Of a stretch of DNA of 64,000 bases, positions 25,921-37,263 are shown piece after piece. The notes below the pieces were generated by a model that searched no databases, had not been told where the DNA came from, and was given only the letters and a program-made list of their open reading frames with translations. Made by a program: the position numbers and the translations under genes. The DNA comes from Enoplolaimus lenunculus (lineage: Eukaryota). The stretch lies in contig JASANG010004046.1 in assembly GCA_030248215.1 (NCBI GenBank), forward strand, positions 62,001 through 126,000. The letters are read 5' to 3'. Numbering within the stretch: position 1 is the stretch's first letter; each line of letters opens with the position of its first letter.

Positions 25921-28787
25921 CTAAAAAACTAAACAGTGTAAAACTACAACTATAAGTATTATATATATACGTATACATTAGAGCTGTCGCTTGGCCAGGA
26001 TTTTTGCCGGGGCCCGAGCCCCGGGCTAAGATTACTGCTTGCTATAGCAAAACCCTATGTCATAAAAACGCTCTAAAACTACATATTCACACGTATAGAA
26101 AGCGAGATAAATCGCTTGAAGTGTCAGCGTGACATACGATGCTGTTTTCAACTTATAAACCTATCCGACAAACAGATATGTGTCTGTGATGAACAAATAG
26201 CTGTATAGACAATGGGATACGAGTGAAACAGTAATAAATTTTCATAAATTGTCTACTATTTCGGCCCTGGCTCCGGCACTTTCTGGCCCCGACCCCGGGT
26301 CAGCTCTAGTACATATCAGTGTGGCACCGAATCCACGATTTGAATGAATCCGAATCCAGTGCTAATTTGCCGAATCCGTATTGTTTCAGAATATCAACGC
26401 AATGCCAGCCGTAAAACTTTTAATACGTTAATATATTTCGATCCGACGTCAGTTCTGAGATTTCTTACCTAAAATAAAAAATATTGATTTTTATAGCAAG
26501 GTATTTAAAAATTTCATTGCTTAAAAATGAAAAAACATATTGCCGAACTTTGTTGGATTCGTCTTTTGGATTCGGCTTTTCCTCAACCAAATCAGAATCC
26601 GAACCTCAAATTTTCGCCGAATCCGAATCTGAACCTTTGTTGCCACCCTGGTATATATAAGCATATTTACATAAGGTTAGTTTAGATACTACAAAAGCAC
26701 AAATCAAATACCTATCCAAATCACCAAGAGCCTCGACATAATAAGTTCCTATATACCAGCCAAGGAGTATTTTGAGTGGGGGCAAAATTTTAGACGATTC
26801 TTTTTCAATAAAAAATCACATTTAATTATCTCTGATCGCTCGTGTGTAACATAAACTAAACAAACTACATATATATATTATTACATTCTTGTACAATAAA
26901 GTGTTTAATTTTCAAAAAATATTATTTTTAAGGTTTCAAACCTCTAAACAAGAGAACAAAATCTCTAGAGGGGCTTGCACGTTGCACAAAATGAAGAACC
27001 TTCAACGAATGGGGATTCCACCACGGGTTTACATCAGAATCAAACCCTTAGTCAGCCAATTGAACGAGGTTTGCTACGGACCTACGTAATACCTTGCCCC
27101 TGTTTCGCTGAACGTCTGCTAGGTCATTGGCTCCGATAACCAGTGACTGAAACTTTATCGTTGTTACTCGCGTTATTGATTTGATCGATCACGAACTTAT
27201 TTCTTCTGCTACGCTAGATTAACGTTTAAAGATGTCTTTTCAACCGTACCGCTTTAACTTTCATCGTCGCCAAGAATTACGTATTGCTTCGTGGAACGTG
27301 GGAACTTTATTACCGTCTGGTGCTACTGATATTGTTTCACGTACTCTTTCCCGACATGACATTAACATTGCTTGCTTATCAGAAACTCGTTTTCCTGAGA
27401 GTGGTTGCAAACCGATGTTACCATGTTTTAAAACTGACAATCGTCGCCAACGTTTCACCGACAGTAACTTTCGTTATCCGTGTACAGTTTGTTTGGGTAT
27501 TGCAACTCGTGGCTCAGTTGGTTGTACGAAGTGTGGACTTTGGTGTCACTACACGTGTGCTGGTTTCGACTGTATACGCACTGCCCGTGCCTCTGCTGCC
27601 GCATGGAAATGCATCGTCTGCCGTGATGAAGAAAAAGCGAACGAAGACCTGCCAAAGAAGAGCTACACCTTGTACTGGTCAGGCCCGTTCGATGGAAGCG
27701 GAAATCATGGGGTGGGGATCGCCCTAGAACAATCGTTGGCAAGTTGTGTCAACGCGTGCGACTTTATTAGCCCCCGAGTGATGCGCATCCGTGTCAAGTG
27801 CCGTCCCTTTAACCTGTGCATTGTGTCCGTCTACGCTCCTACAGAGGCTCCACAGACGCCGTGAAAGATCAGTTCTACAGTGAATTCGACACTGCACTAG
27901 CCGGCGTTGCCAAGTCTGACTTCCTGATCGTCGCTGCCCAACTCGGTCCGCGACACCCATGTGAAGGCAGCATGCTGGGCCCGTTCAGCCTGGGCACCAG
28001 AAGCAACAATGGAGATCGGCTAGTCTCGCTGATTGGTCAACAACGGCTGTTCGCCACAAATACGTGATTCAAGCACAAGCGCCGCCATCTTGCCACCTGG
28101 ATGTCTAATGCCGGGAATGCCGAGAACCAAATCGACTTCATCCTGGTGCGTGACCGATGGAGAACCTCAGTGCTGGACAGCAGAACGTTCTGGGGCAACG
28201 AATGGAGCTCCGACCATGGTCTTGTCCGATGCCGTGTGAGGATTCGCTTCTCCGCGTCCAAATCCCGCCCGATGAAGAAGCTATACGATGTCGATCGTTT
28301 CAAGGTCGTGGAAACGCGAGAAGATTTCCGGCAGACCAATGTCCGTGTCGGAACCGCCCACGATGCTGATGCAGATGTGGAGCAGAGGTGCGCACTCATG
28401 GCCACAAACCTGAACCAGGCCTGTTCCGAGACGCTCGGTGTCCGCCGCATCAACCGGTCTGGTTGGATCTCAAACGAAACGATATCACTGCTGGACCAGC
28501 GAAGACGTCAGCCAAAGTGCAATAGACTACGAAATGCAGTCAGACGAGCAGTTTTGATTGATGGGAAGCAAGCGAAGCTAGACAGATGGGCTGAGCACTT
28601 CAAGGAGTTGCTTAACCGACCAAGCCCAGCAAACCCACTGTCCGCCGAAGACCTTGGCACCCCGATCCCCGCCACCTGCATTCGCGTGGAGCCGCCTAGT
28701 CTGGAGGACGTCAAGAAGGCAATCAGATCGACAAGATCAGGAAGAGCAGGTGGAGAAGATGGTCTACCGCCCGAAGCCTACAAATAC

Positions 28788-28845
28788 GACCGCAACGTGG
28801 CAGCGCCTTACCGAGGTGTGGTCGTTTATCACCAAATGCTCCACG
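28788..28845 (+). ncRNA. HDV-like self-cleaving ribozyme at the 5' end of the Ingi element
   Basis: P1 GACCGCA/TGTGGTC, P2 CGTGG(C)AGCG/TGCTCCACG, P3 CCT/AGG, P1.1 AC/GT, J4/2 CAAA. Starts exactly at the TSD-defined 5' end. Confidence 0.8.
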
Positions 28846-31511
28846 ATATGTCTCCACGGACGTTCCCGAACTCCAACGTCGCGTGTGGGTTCGTCCAGTG
28901 TTTTTTCGGCGATGGCTTCTCCACGGCCGGTGTGGTGGATGCCGATGCTGATTGCTGAATCCGGCGATGTACATCCGAATCATGGGCCACTATGGCCGTG
29001 TTCGATCTGTCAATCGGGTGTTGGAACGAACGGCTACTCTATTCGATGTACGAAATGCGATCAATGGGTGCATCAACGCTGCACAAATCTGTCAATCAAT
29101 CACCTGCGATCATTGCAAAGGCATCAGATCGATCGATGGAGCTGCGCACGATGCCGAGCCGAAGGCAGCGCTAATCGCGTGCATTTCGCCATGCCAGGTT
29201 ATACTGTGTTCAGACGTGATCGAACAATAGGAAGGCGTGCCGGTCGAGTCCGTGGCGGCGGCGTGATGACGTTGGTACGATCCGATGTGCCGTGCAAGCA
29301 GGTCGATCGGTTCGAGCTTGCGGCAGGAGACAATACGACCGAAGTATTGTCGGTCCAGGCGGTAATGCCTTGGTTTTGCACAACGTGTATGTTCCGCCAA
29401 TTCGTGGTGGTGACAATGAGCGTGTGCAGCGGTTCGATCCGAGTGCGTTTGTGCCTAACGCCAAAGACATCATCGTCGGCGATGTCAATGCACACGCGGA
29501 TAACTGGAACCCGGTGGGCGTGCAAGTTGATGCACTTGGTTTCATGTGGCAGCAGTGGCTTGCCGATCAGTCGTTCGTGTCGCTGATCGATGGCGTGCCC
29601 ACGCTCCGTGACGGTCGCACCGCAGTCGACGTGGCGCTTGTGCATGGCAGCGCAGTTGGACGTGCTCGTGCCCGTGTGCTCAATAACCATTGCATCGAGT
29701 CGGATCACCACCCAATCCGCATTGAGATGGATATGCGCAGGCAAGTGCTGGCCCCCGCTCCCGTGCTAAAGTGGTCGTACCGTAAGGCCGACTGGAATGA
29801 GTTTCGTCGGCAGGTCGAGGCTGGTGTAGCTGGATTGCCATGCCCTGTGCAGACAATGCATGCAGCTGCAAAACAGTTCACGGCACTGCTGCTCGAGTCT
29901 GCGAAAGGCACGATTCCGAGGCACAGAGGCAAAATCGGCCAGCTTGACGCTAAGAATTGGTGGACGCCGACCATCAAACGTCATGTTCAGCGCAAACAGG
30001 AAGCGTTTGAGCACCGGCACGACAGTGAAGCTGCAATGGAGCACTTCAAACAATGTCGTCGTGAGGCCACGCTGGCAATTAAAGCTGAAAAGCAACGAAC
30101 CTGGCGTCAATTCACCTCTAACGCCTCATCACAACCGGAGGTTGTATGGCGTACGTTGCGCGCAATCGATGGTAAACATAAGCCACAAGACAGCAACATC
30201 ATTAAACTGTCCGGTGGTAAACAGTTGATCACCGACGGCCAGAAATGCAATGCTTTCGTTGCCTACTACGCGTCACAGTCGAACATCAAAGTGACGACGG
30301 CCGAGAGAAGAGCTGACCGAGGTCACCGGCGTGTGCGCACCAACGGGCCATGTGAAATGAGCGAACATCCGTCTGCAATGGGCGAGCTGCAGGGGGCACT
30401 GAATTCATTGCGTGTCAATGCTGCAGCGGGTCCGGACGGTATAACGAATCAAATGCTGCTCCGTATGGGCCCCAACGCTAAACACTATCTGCTTGATATG
30501 CTCAATAGCTTCTGGATTGCTAGCGAGCTGCCATCAGGTTGGCGAAAGGCGATTATTGTGCCGATCCCTAAGCCTGGCAAAGATCCGTCGACTTTCGCTG
30601 CCTACCGACCGATTGCACTGACGAGTGCGCTGTGCAAAATGTACGAACGAATGATCCTGAATCGCTTGAAGACAATCATCAGCGAACGAGGACTGCTCAG
30701 TCCAAACAAATCAGGATTTCGTGAGGGCCATTCAACCGAGACAGCAGTACTGCGATTCGCACAGTCAATCGCGGACGGTCTGGACTGCCGAAAGCGAACA
30801 GCCGCTGCCTTCATTGATTTCTCGAAGGCCTTCGATCAAGTCTGGCACGAAGGGCTGCGTCGTCGCCTGCATTCGTTGGCCATCCCAGACCGATTTCGGC
30901 AGACGATCAGCGCGTTCATCAGCGATCGGAAGTATGCCGTTCGAATCGGCAACACAACCAGCCGTTATCGCATTTTTCGCGCGGGCGTGCCCCAAGAAGC
31001 TGGGAAACGAGGAGGCTGACGCCCTGGCCAAGGCTGGCTCCAACCAACAACAACAGGAAGTGCCGATCGATCTGCAAACGGTCAAGGCCGTTATCCGACG
31101 CGAAGGCCGCGCGAAATGGCGCAAGGAAGTCAAGCACGAACGAATGCCATTCCCCATTCCACGAATCGGGGATGAGAGCGGCCTCAGCAGAACACAACGC
31201 AGACAGCTGGCACAACTGCGTTCGGCCGGTCACTGTCCGCTACTCGGCTCCTACCTGCACCGAATCGGCAAAGCAGACAGTCCGGCCTGTACACGATGCG
31301 GCGCACCCGAAGACGATATCAAACATTTCCTCATCGACTGCACAGCCCTGGAACAAACAAGACGACGAACAATTGGCCCAAACACAAATCTGACAATTCT
31401 CTGGACCAATCCACGCGCGGCAGCGGAGTTTGTGAACGCCTGTGCCCAGTAAATACTGGGTCCCGATGCATGGCGTTTATGGGAGTGACTACTGCAACAA
31501 CAACAACAACA
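28788..31511 (+). mobile_element. Ingi-clade non-LTR element, internally deleted, nested in the RTE
   Basis: TSD AAGCCTACAAATAC(G) at 28774-28788 and 31512-31526. 2A-like GDVHPNHGP, PHD, partial APE, RT up to GVPQ, RNase H tail GNEEADALAK, CCHC and (CAA)5 tail. Confidence 0.9.
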
Positions 31512-33326
31512 AAGCCTACAAATACGGTGGTGAGCCAGTCGCCACTGGCCTGGTGTCCCTTTTCGAAACTATATGGCGCAGTGAGTCGATCCCATCCGAC
31601 TGGGAGATCGCCGAAGTTGTCCCGCTGTTCAGGAAGTACGATAAGAGCATGTGTAAGAACTACCGGGGAATCAGCCTCCTCGACATTGCGTCCAAGATTC
31701 TAGAAGCAGTCCTGATTGACCGCATCAAGCAATGGCGCGACCCGCTTACCCATGAGAACCAAGCTGGGTTCCGGGCTGGAAGAAGCTGTGCCAACCAGAT
31801 CTTCACCCTGCGCCAAGTAAACGAAACCCGGAACGAATTCGGGCGAGCAACATTTATTGGCTTCGTCGATTTCGCAGCAGCCTTCGATAGCATCGATAGA
31901 GATAGCCTGTGGCTGATAATGGCGGCTTCTGGAGTCCCGCAGAAGATTATATCGATGTTCCGGGCCCTCTACCTATCGACGAAATGCCGTGTAGGGGTAT
32001 ACGGTACCGCGACCGACACCTTCGAGATCCACACCGGTGTGCGTCAGGGAGGCATCTCTTCACCCATTCTCTTCAACTGGTCCGTGGATTGGTTGCTCAA
32101 AGTGTCCTTCGATGACCATGATGACGGGGTCCTGATGGGTAGCGAAACCGATGACAGCTCCGTCCTGTCCGCGCTGACGTTTGCGGACGACATAGCCGTG
32201 CTCGCTGAAAGCCCAGAGCAGCTCCAGAGAATGTTAGATCGGCTGGATGAGAACGCGAAGCGCATCGGCCTCGTGATCAGTACGGCGAAGACGAAGATCC
32301 TGTGCTGTGGCACCGAAACAAGACCGAAAATAAGCATCGCCAGAGAAACCATTGAAGTGGTGGACGACTTCACCTACCTTGGCAGCTCCATATCCTCTTC
32401 CGGCGATGGGTCTACCGAAATCCGCACCAGAATAGCAAAGGCGTACAACGCCATGCTGGCGCTGAAAGCTGTGTGGGGAAACCGGAACCTGTCAAAACAG
32501 CTGAAACGCCGGTTCTACATGGCCTGTGTTCGACCGGTGCTCCTCTATGCCTGTGAAACGTGGCCGATCAAGGCTAACCACGAGCGGCGACTGGATGCCT
32601 TCGACCACCGAATGCTGCGCTGGATACTGCACGTCTCCTACCGTGACCACGTTACAAACGTCGAAGTTCGCAGACAAATGGGCATCAAGGAAACCGTTTC
32701 GGAGTCGATCCTCAAGCGGCGGCTATATTGGTTCGGGCATGTCGCGCGTATGGAAACCGTTCGTCTACCGTTTAAATCTTTGTTCCACCCGATTCCGGTT
32801 GAAGAGGGATGGCGTCGGCCCTTCCGAGGAGTGCGCATGGCAACGCAAGCTGTTCAAGGATGTTAACTGTCGACCTGTCCATGATATCGTAAACTGAAAT
32901 GCGGCTGTTTTCAAACGTGACTATCTGACTATTTTACGACAATTGGCTATGGACAGAAGTGGCTTTGTGTTATTGGTTGAAAAAATCGCGAGCTGCAAAT
33001 GACCCTATGGGTTACGCAAATGATGATGATGATGATCATCTATATTTTGCATGACAACGTTTCAACTGAAAATTCACACGTGGACGGACACTACCAAAAA
33101 CTTAACTTAAGCATAAGTACGTATACAAAATAATAAATCATGTATATATATAATTATATTTCTATATATGGATATCAGGGTTCCAACTTCAAACAGGAAC
33201 TAACTTTTCCGGAACATGAACACGAATTGAGTTTCTTTGTAGGAACCGAAACAGGAGCGAAAATTTGAAATAACTTTCATCACCGAATTATATATATAAC
33301 GTATAACTTACTTTCTCACCACTTAC

Positions 33327-33438
33327 CTATAAACTGAGTCTGAATCTGGTTTTAAGTTTGAAAGATTTGTGGGCGGCGGCATACGCCGAGCCACCGCGCC
33401 TGATTTTCCCACTGATTGAAGTCCATTGCGTGTGTTTA
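33327..33438 (-). CDS. PRRC2: PRRC2 exon 2 (BAT2_N core)
   Basis: tttcag/gtaag. NTRNGLQSVGKSGAVARRMPPPTNLSNLK matches the family signature HGLQSLGKV..ARRMPPPANLPSLK. Confidence 0.95.
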
Positions 33439-33827
33439 CTGAAACACAGAAATGTATTGAAAAAGCAATTACACGAAAGTTTCCCCTCAATATACGTATA
33501 CCAGGATGCGACCGGATATTAATTTACCGGATACCGGAAACGGATATATATAGCTTGGAAATATGAGTACTGTTTAAAATGTTTAGTCGCGCAAAGCAGA
33601 AGTACGTATATATGTTTACTGAACTAGAGTCAATATGTTATACATACATATTTAACTTGGATTTCTCATTTTATCTCACAGTTGAAAAACTTAACAAAGT
33701 TAACATGACCGGAAAACTAGTCTCAGCTTAGATGTTAAATACGTACGTATATCAGGGTGCGACAGAATATTAATTTACCGGATTCAAACATTGATTTTTT
33801 ACCGGAACAGGAACCCGATATATATAT

Positions 33828-34399
33828 CAGGGTGCAACCGGAATTACAATTTACCGGAACCAAAATTTGAAATTTTTACCGGAACCGGAAAGTGAAAACT
33901 GCATTTCACCAAAAATTTCATTTTAATCGTATTTTTTGCTCTGTTATTTGTGAAGCAACGTTAGTCGAACATAGGTATTTTATTTGTTGTATTTTAGATT
34001 TTCGTCAGTACAAGTGGCTTTCAAGAGATTGTTAAAAATTAGCAAAGTTAAGAAATCGGCCAAATTATACCGGCATTTTTTCACCTTCTGGTTCCGGTAA
34101 ATTTTTACCGGATTTAAAAATTCCGGTGTTATAATTTGGTCGTTTTCTTAACTTTCCTAATTTTTAAGAATCTCTCTTTAAAGCCACTTGTACTCCAAAT
34201 ATAAGCCGTTGATGGTGAATTTCACTTCAGTCGATGATGAAAATCTAAAATACAACAAATAAAATAAATACCTATGTTCGACTAAGGTTATTTCAGAAAT
34301 AATAAAGCAAAAAATAAGATTAAAATGAAATTTTTGGTGAAATGCATTTTTCACTTTCCGGTTCCGGTTCCGGTAAATTGTAATTCCGGTTGCACCCTG
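33828..34399. mobile_element. Two joined hAT MITE (ccggaa family) copies in inverted arrangement
   Basis: Begins CAGGGTGCAACC, ends GGTTGCACCCTG, and the internal sequence switches orientation near 34070. Confidence 0.7.
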
Positions 34400-35627
34400 G
34401 AGCCTTGGTAAGTACGATTTGAATTGCATTTAGGTTTAGGTATTGTCACGGCGGCTTAAGTATGTGAAGGAAACTTGGGTATCACGGATTTGCCAAAAGC
34501 AGCTTTATGGCGTTAGGGACCACAGCTGTAAATTTCCCGTATGTTTACATCCAATACCGGATTATCTGGTCGCACCCCGACACGTACATTCAAGGTTCCA
34601 ACAAAAAAGTTTTAGCGGAACAGGAATTGAATATTTTTGCAGGAACCGGAACTGGAATTTGAGACAGGAATCGGGATTTGAAATAAATTTTCATCACCAA
34701 ATTACTTGTTCTATTAAAAAACTAGCCAACAAATGGTTTAAGCGAATTTTCAGGTATTTCATCACAACGCTTAGCGAAAACATCAGATTTTAATCTTACA
34801 CTTATTAGCATAATTGAACTATTAGCATGGCAACAACGCTTATATACGAAATAACTTTTTAAACACAAAGTTGAGATGTCAAGGGCCGGGGCCAGAGGAT
34901 GCTGGGGCCAAGGACATACTGTACCAGAAAAACAATATCACGTGGCACAATTTAGCCAGCATCCGAACACAGCACAGTAATTTTATTACATTACCATATG
35001 CAAAATATCGCGTGGCGCGATATGGCAAATAACATATGCATTAACACCAACTTCACAACATGGGAGTATCAACCAAGTGTCGCGTGACGCGATAAGATAG
35101 AAACGGTATGTACAAAAATTTGAAGCGCAGTGTATTTTGGTAGCCCCGGCCTCGGGCACCGGGCAAAATCCTGGTCCCGAGACACCTCTAATACAAATTT
35201 TCATTATTCAGATGATTATGATTATGAATAATTTATCACAAACAGGGATTGGCGGTCTCGGTTAAAAACCGAGTCCGAGACCTGACTACCGAGACCGGTC
35301 AAGAAAAGTCTCGGTCTCGGTCAATTTTTGGTCATCACCAAAAAATTAAAATTATAAAAAATAAGCTATTTGTAACGGGTAGCGGTGCTCCACAATCGTT
35401 CGCTGTCTGTGCTGGTAGGCGAAATGCACATGTACATCCGGGCCAAAAAAGCGAGACCGAGACCAGCCAAATCCCGAGACCGCCCATCCCTGGTGTCCGG
35501 CAGTGCACCACTACAGCCACGTGTATGATTTTTTGCCGGAGCCCGATATCCGATCGTACGTACCCTGCACATATAAAAGATTACATCAACGTTGCCATGT
35601 TTATTGCGTGGTGAATTCAAAACTCAC

Positions 35628-35766
35628 CTAATAACTTTTGCGATGTGGTTAACGATTTTCCACTGTAGACATTATTGATGTTTACAGAGTGAAACTTTGA
35701 TTTTGCATGGCTGCCCGAAGCAGCTTTGTCTCCAGTACGCTTCCCCGAGATCCCCGGTGCAGACAT
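35628..35766 (-). CDS. PRRC2: PRRC2/BAT2-family protein, coding exon 1 (BAT2_N start)
   Basis: ATG at 35766, preceded by an aattag acceptor. Translates MSAPGISGKRTGDKAASGSHAKSKFHSVNINNVYSGKSLTTSQKLL, like the BAT2_N start (KYxSLNLxxxYKGKS). gtgag donor, phase 1. Confidence 0.9.
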
Positions 35767-36519
35767 GTCTAATTGTACAATAAGCCAGCATGGATAACAG
35801 ATTTATGCTTGAAGTAATGGCGTCAACTTCAAATCACTTCAAATACAAAATTGCTATTATACGTTATTAATGTACGTATGTAGGATAGTGACTTCTTTAA
35901 CAAAAAATTGCAGTTATGACGACAGTCAGGTGCAGTAAGATGTTATTGAATGATTCTTCGGGCAATTTATATTCAAGTACCTGTTAAAAATAAAGGTACG
36001 ATTCCGTAGCGTGACGTTATACTATTAGATAACGTCGTCTAGCGCCACCTCATTTCATGTTAAAACTTAAAACACGACTTGGAGTACATACAGCGCCGAT
36101 CAATCTGCACCGCAAATAAAATCATTTCTGCTTTCAATATCAAGTCATCCAACATGCAAACTTAGAGCTTAATACTAGCTTGCTGCTTGTATTGGTAGCA
36201 AAATTAGCTTTAGTACCCAGAAGTGTGTTGGTACAGCAATGCGGAATTACAGTTTACAGGAACCGGAATTTGAAAAAATTACCGGAAACATAACCGGAAC
36301 CGGAAAATGAAAAATACATGTCACCGAAAAATTCATTTTAATGCTCTTTTTTGCAATATTACTGGTGAAATAACAATACCGGAATTTTTAATTCCGGCAA
36401 AAATTTACCGAAACCGGGACCGGAATTCCGGTTGCAACTGTGATAAGTTGGGTAGGCTGTGGTACGACATTTTTTAGTTCTGAGTTCTCAGCAGCTGAAA
36501 ATGAGGGATGCTCCCAGGG

Positions 36520-36898
36520 CAGGGTGCAACCGGAATTACAATTTACCGGAACCGGAATTTGAAAATTTTACCGGAACCGGAAAATGAAAAATGCATTTCA
36601 CCAAAAATTTCATTTTAATCTTATTTTTTGCTCTATTATTTGTGAAATAACCTTAGTCGAACATAGGTATTTATTTTATTTGTTGTATTTTAGATTTTCA
36701 TCATCGACTGAAGTGAAATCCACCATCAATGGCTTATATTCGGAGTACAAGTGGCTTTCAAAAGAGATTCTTAAAAATTAGCAAAGTTAAGAAAACGGCC
36801 AAATTATAATACCGGAATTTTTAAATCCGGTAAAAATTTACCGGAACCGGAACCGGAAGGTGAAAAAATGCCGGAACCGGAATTCCGGTTGCACCCTG
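36520..36898. mobile_element. hAT MITE (ccggaa family)
   Basis: TIRs as above, perfect TSD TCCCAGGG. Near-identical reverse complement of 11036-11396. Confidence 0.9.
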
Positions 36899-37263
36899 TC
36901 CCAGGGTGTTTCCAACTCGGTCGACAGATTTTCAGTCATGCGCGCTATCCGCTGAGCCACGCCGCCTCACAAAAAACTGCTGAGTTTTTCTGTTTTTATG
37001 CCTTATAAGAACCTTATGCATCAACGTTTTACCGACGTGCAGCATTAGCATGAGGTTATTATTTGCCTCCATACATCCGCATGTCACAGCAACCTGGGGG
37101 TCAGATATTAATAAAAATCGAAATATATACGTGTTTTTATTCAAAAACGGCTCTTACAAACTGAGCTATCGCGGCACAGTTGGGACTGGTCAAAAACGAG
37201 AATTTTTGAAAAACATTTTTCAACAAAAGTTTGAATTTTCATTTAGTTCATACAATTAAACTA

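Larger units (their letters stand above)
27000..33036 (+). mobile_element. RTE-type non-LTR retrotransposon, degenerate, interrupted at 28788-31511; 5' boundary approximate
   Basis: APE motifs (IASWNVGTL, CLSETR, YWSG..GVGI, VYAPT, NQIDFIL, SDH) and RT motifs (NYRGISLL, QAGFR, FVDFAAAFDSI, GVRQGG, FADD, YLGS). Frameshifts, a TGA at ~28065 and a (GAT)n tail at 33022-33036. Confidence 0.92.

Noticed and set aside
26960..27231. HDV-like ribozyme or TSD at the RTE 5' end
   Set aside because: Hairpins are present (gggttt/aaaccc, gtcattgg/ccagtgac), but I could not build the nested pseudoknot or find a TSD matching the 3' flank.
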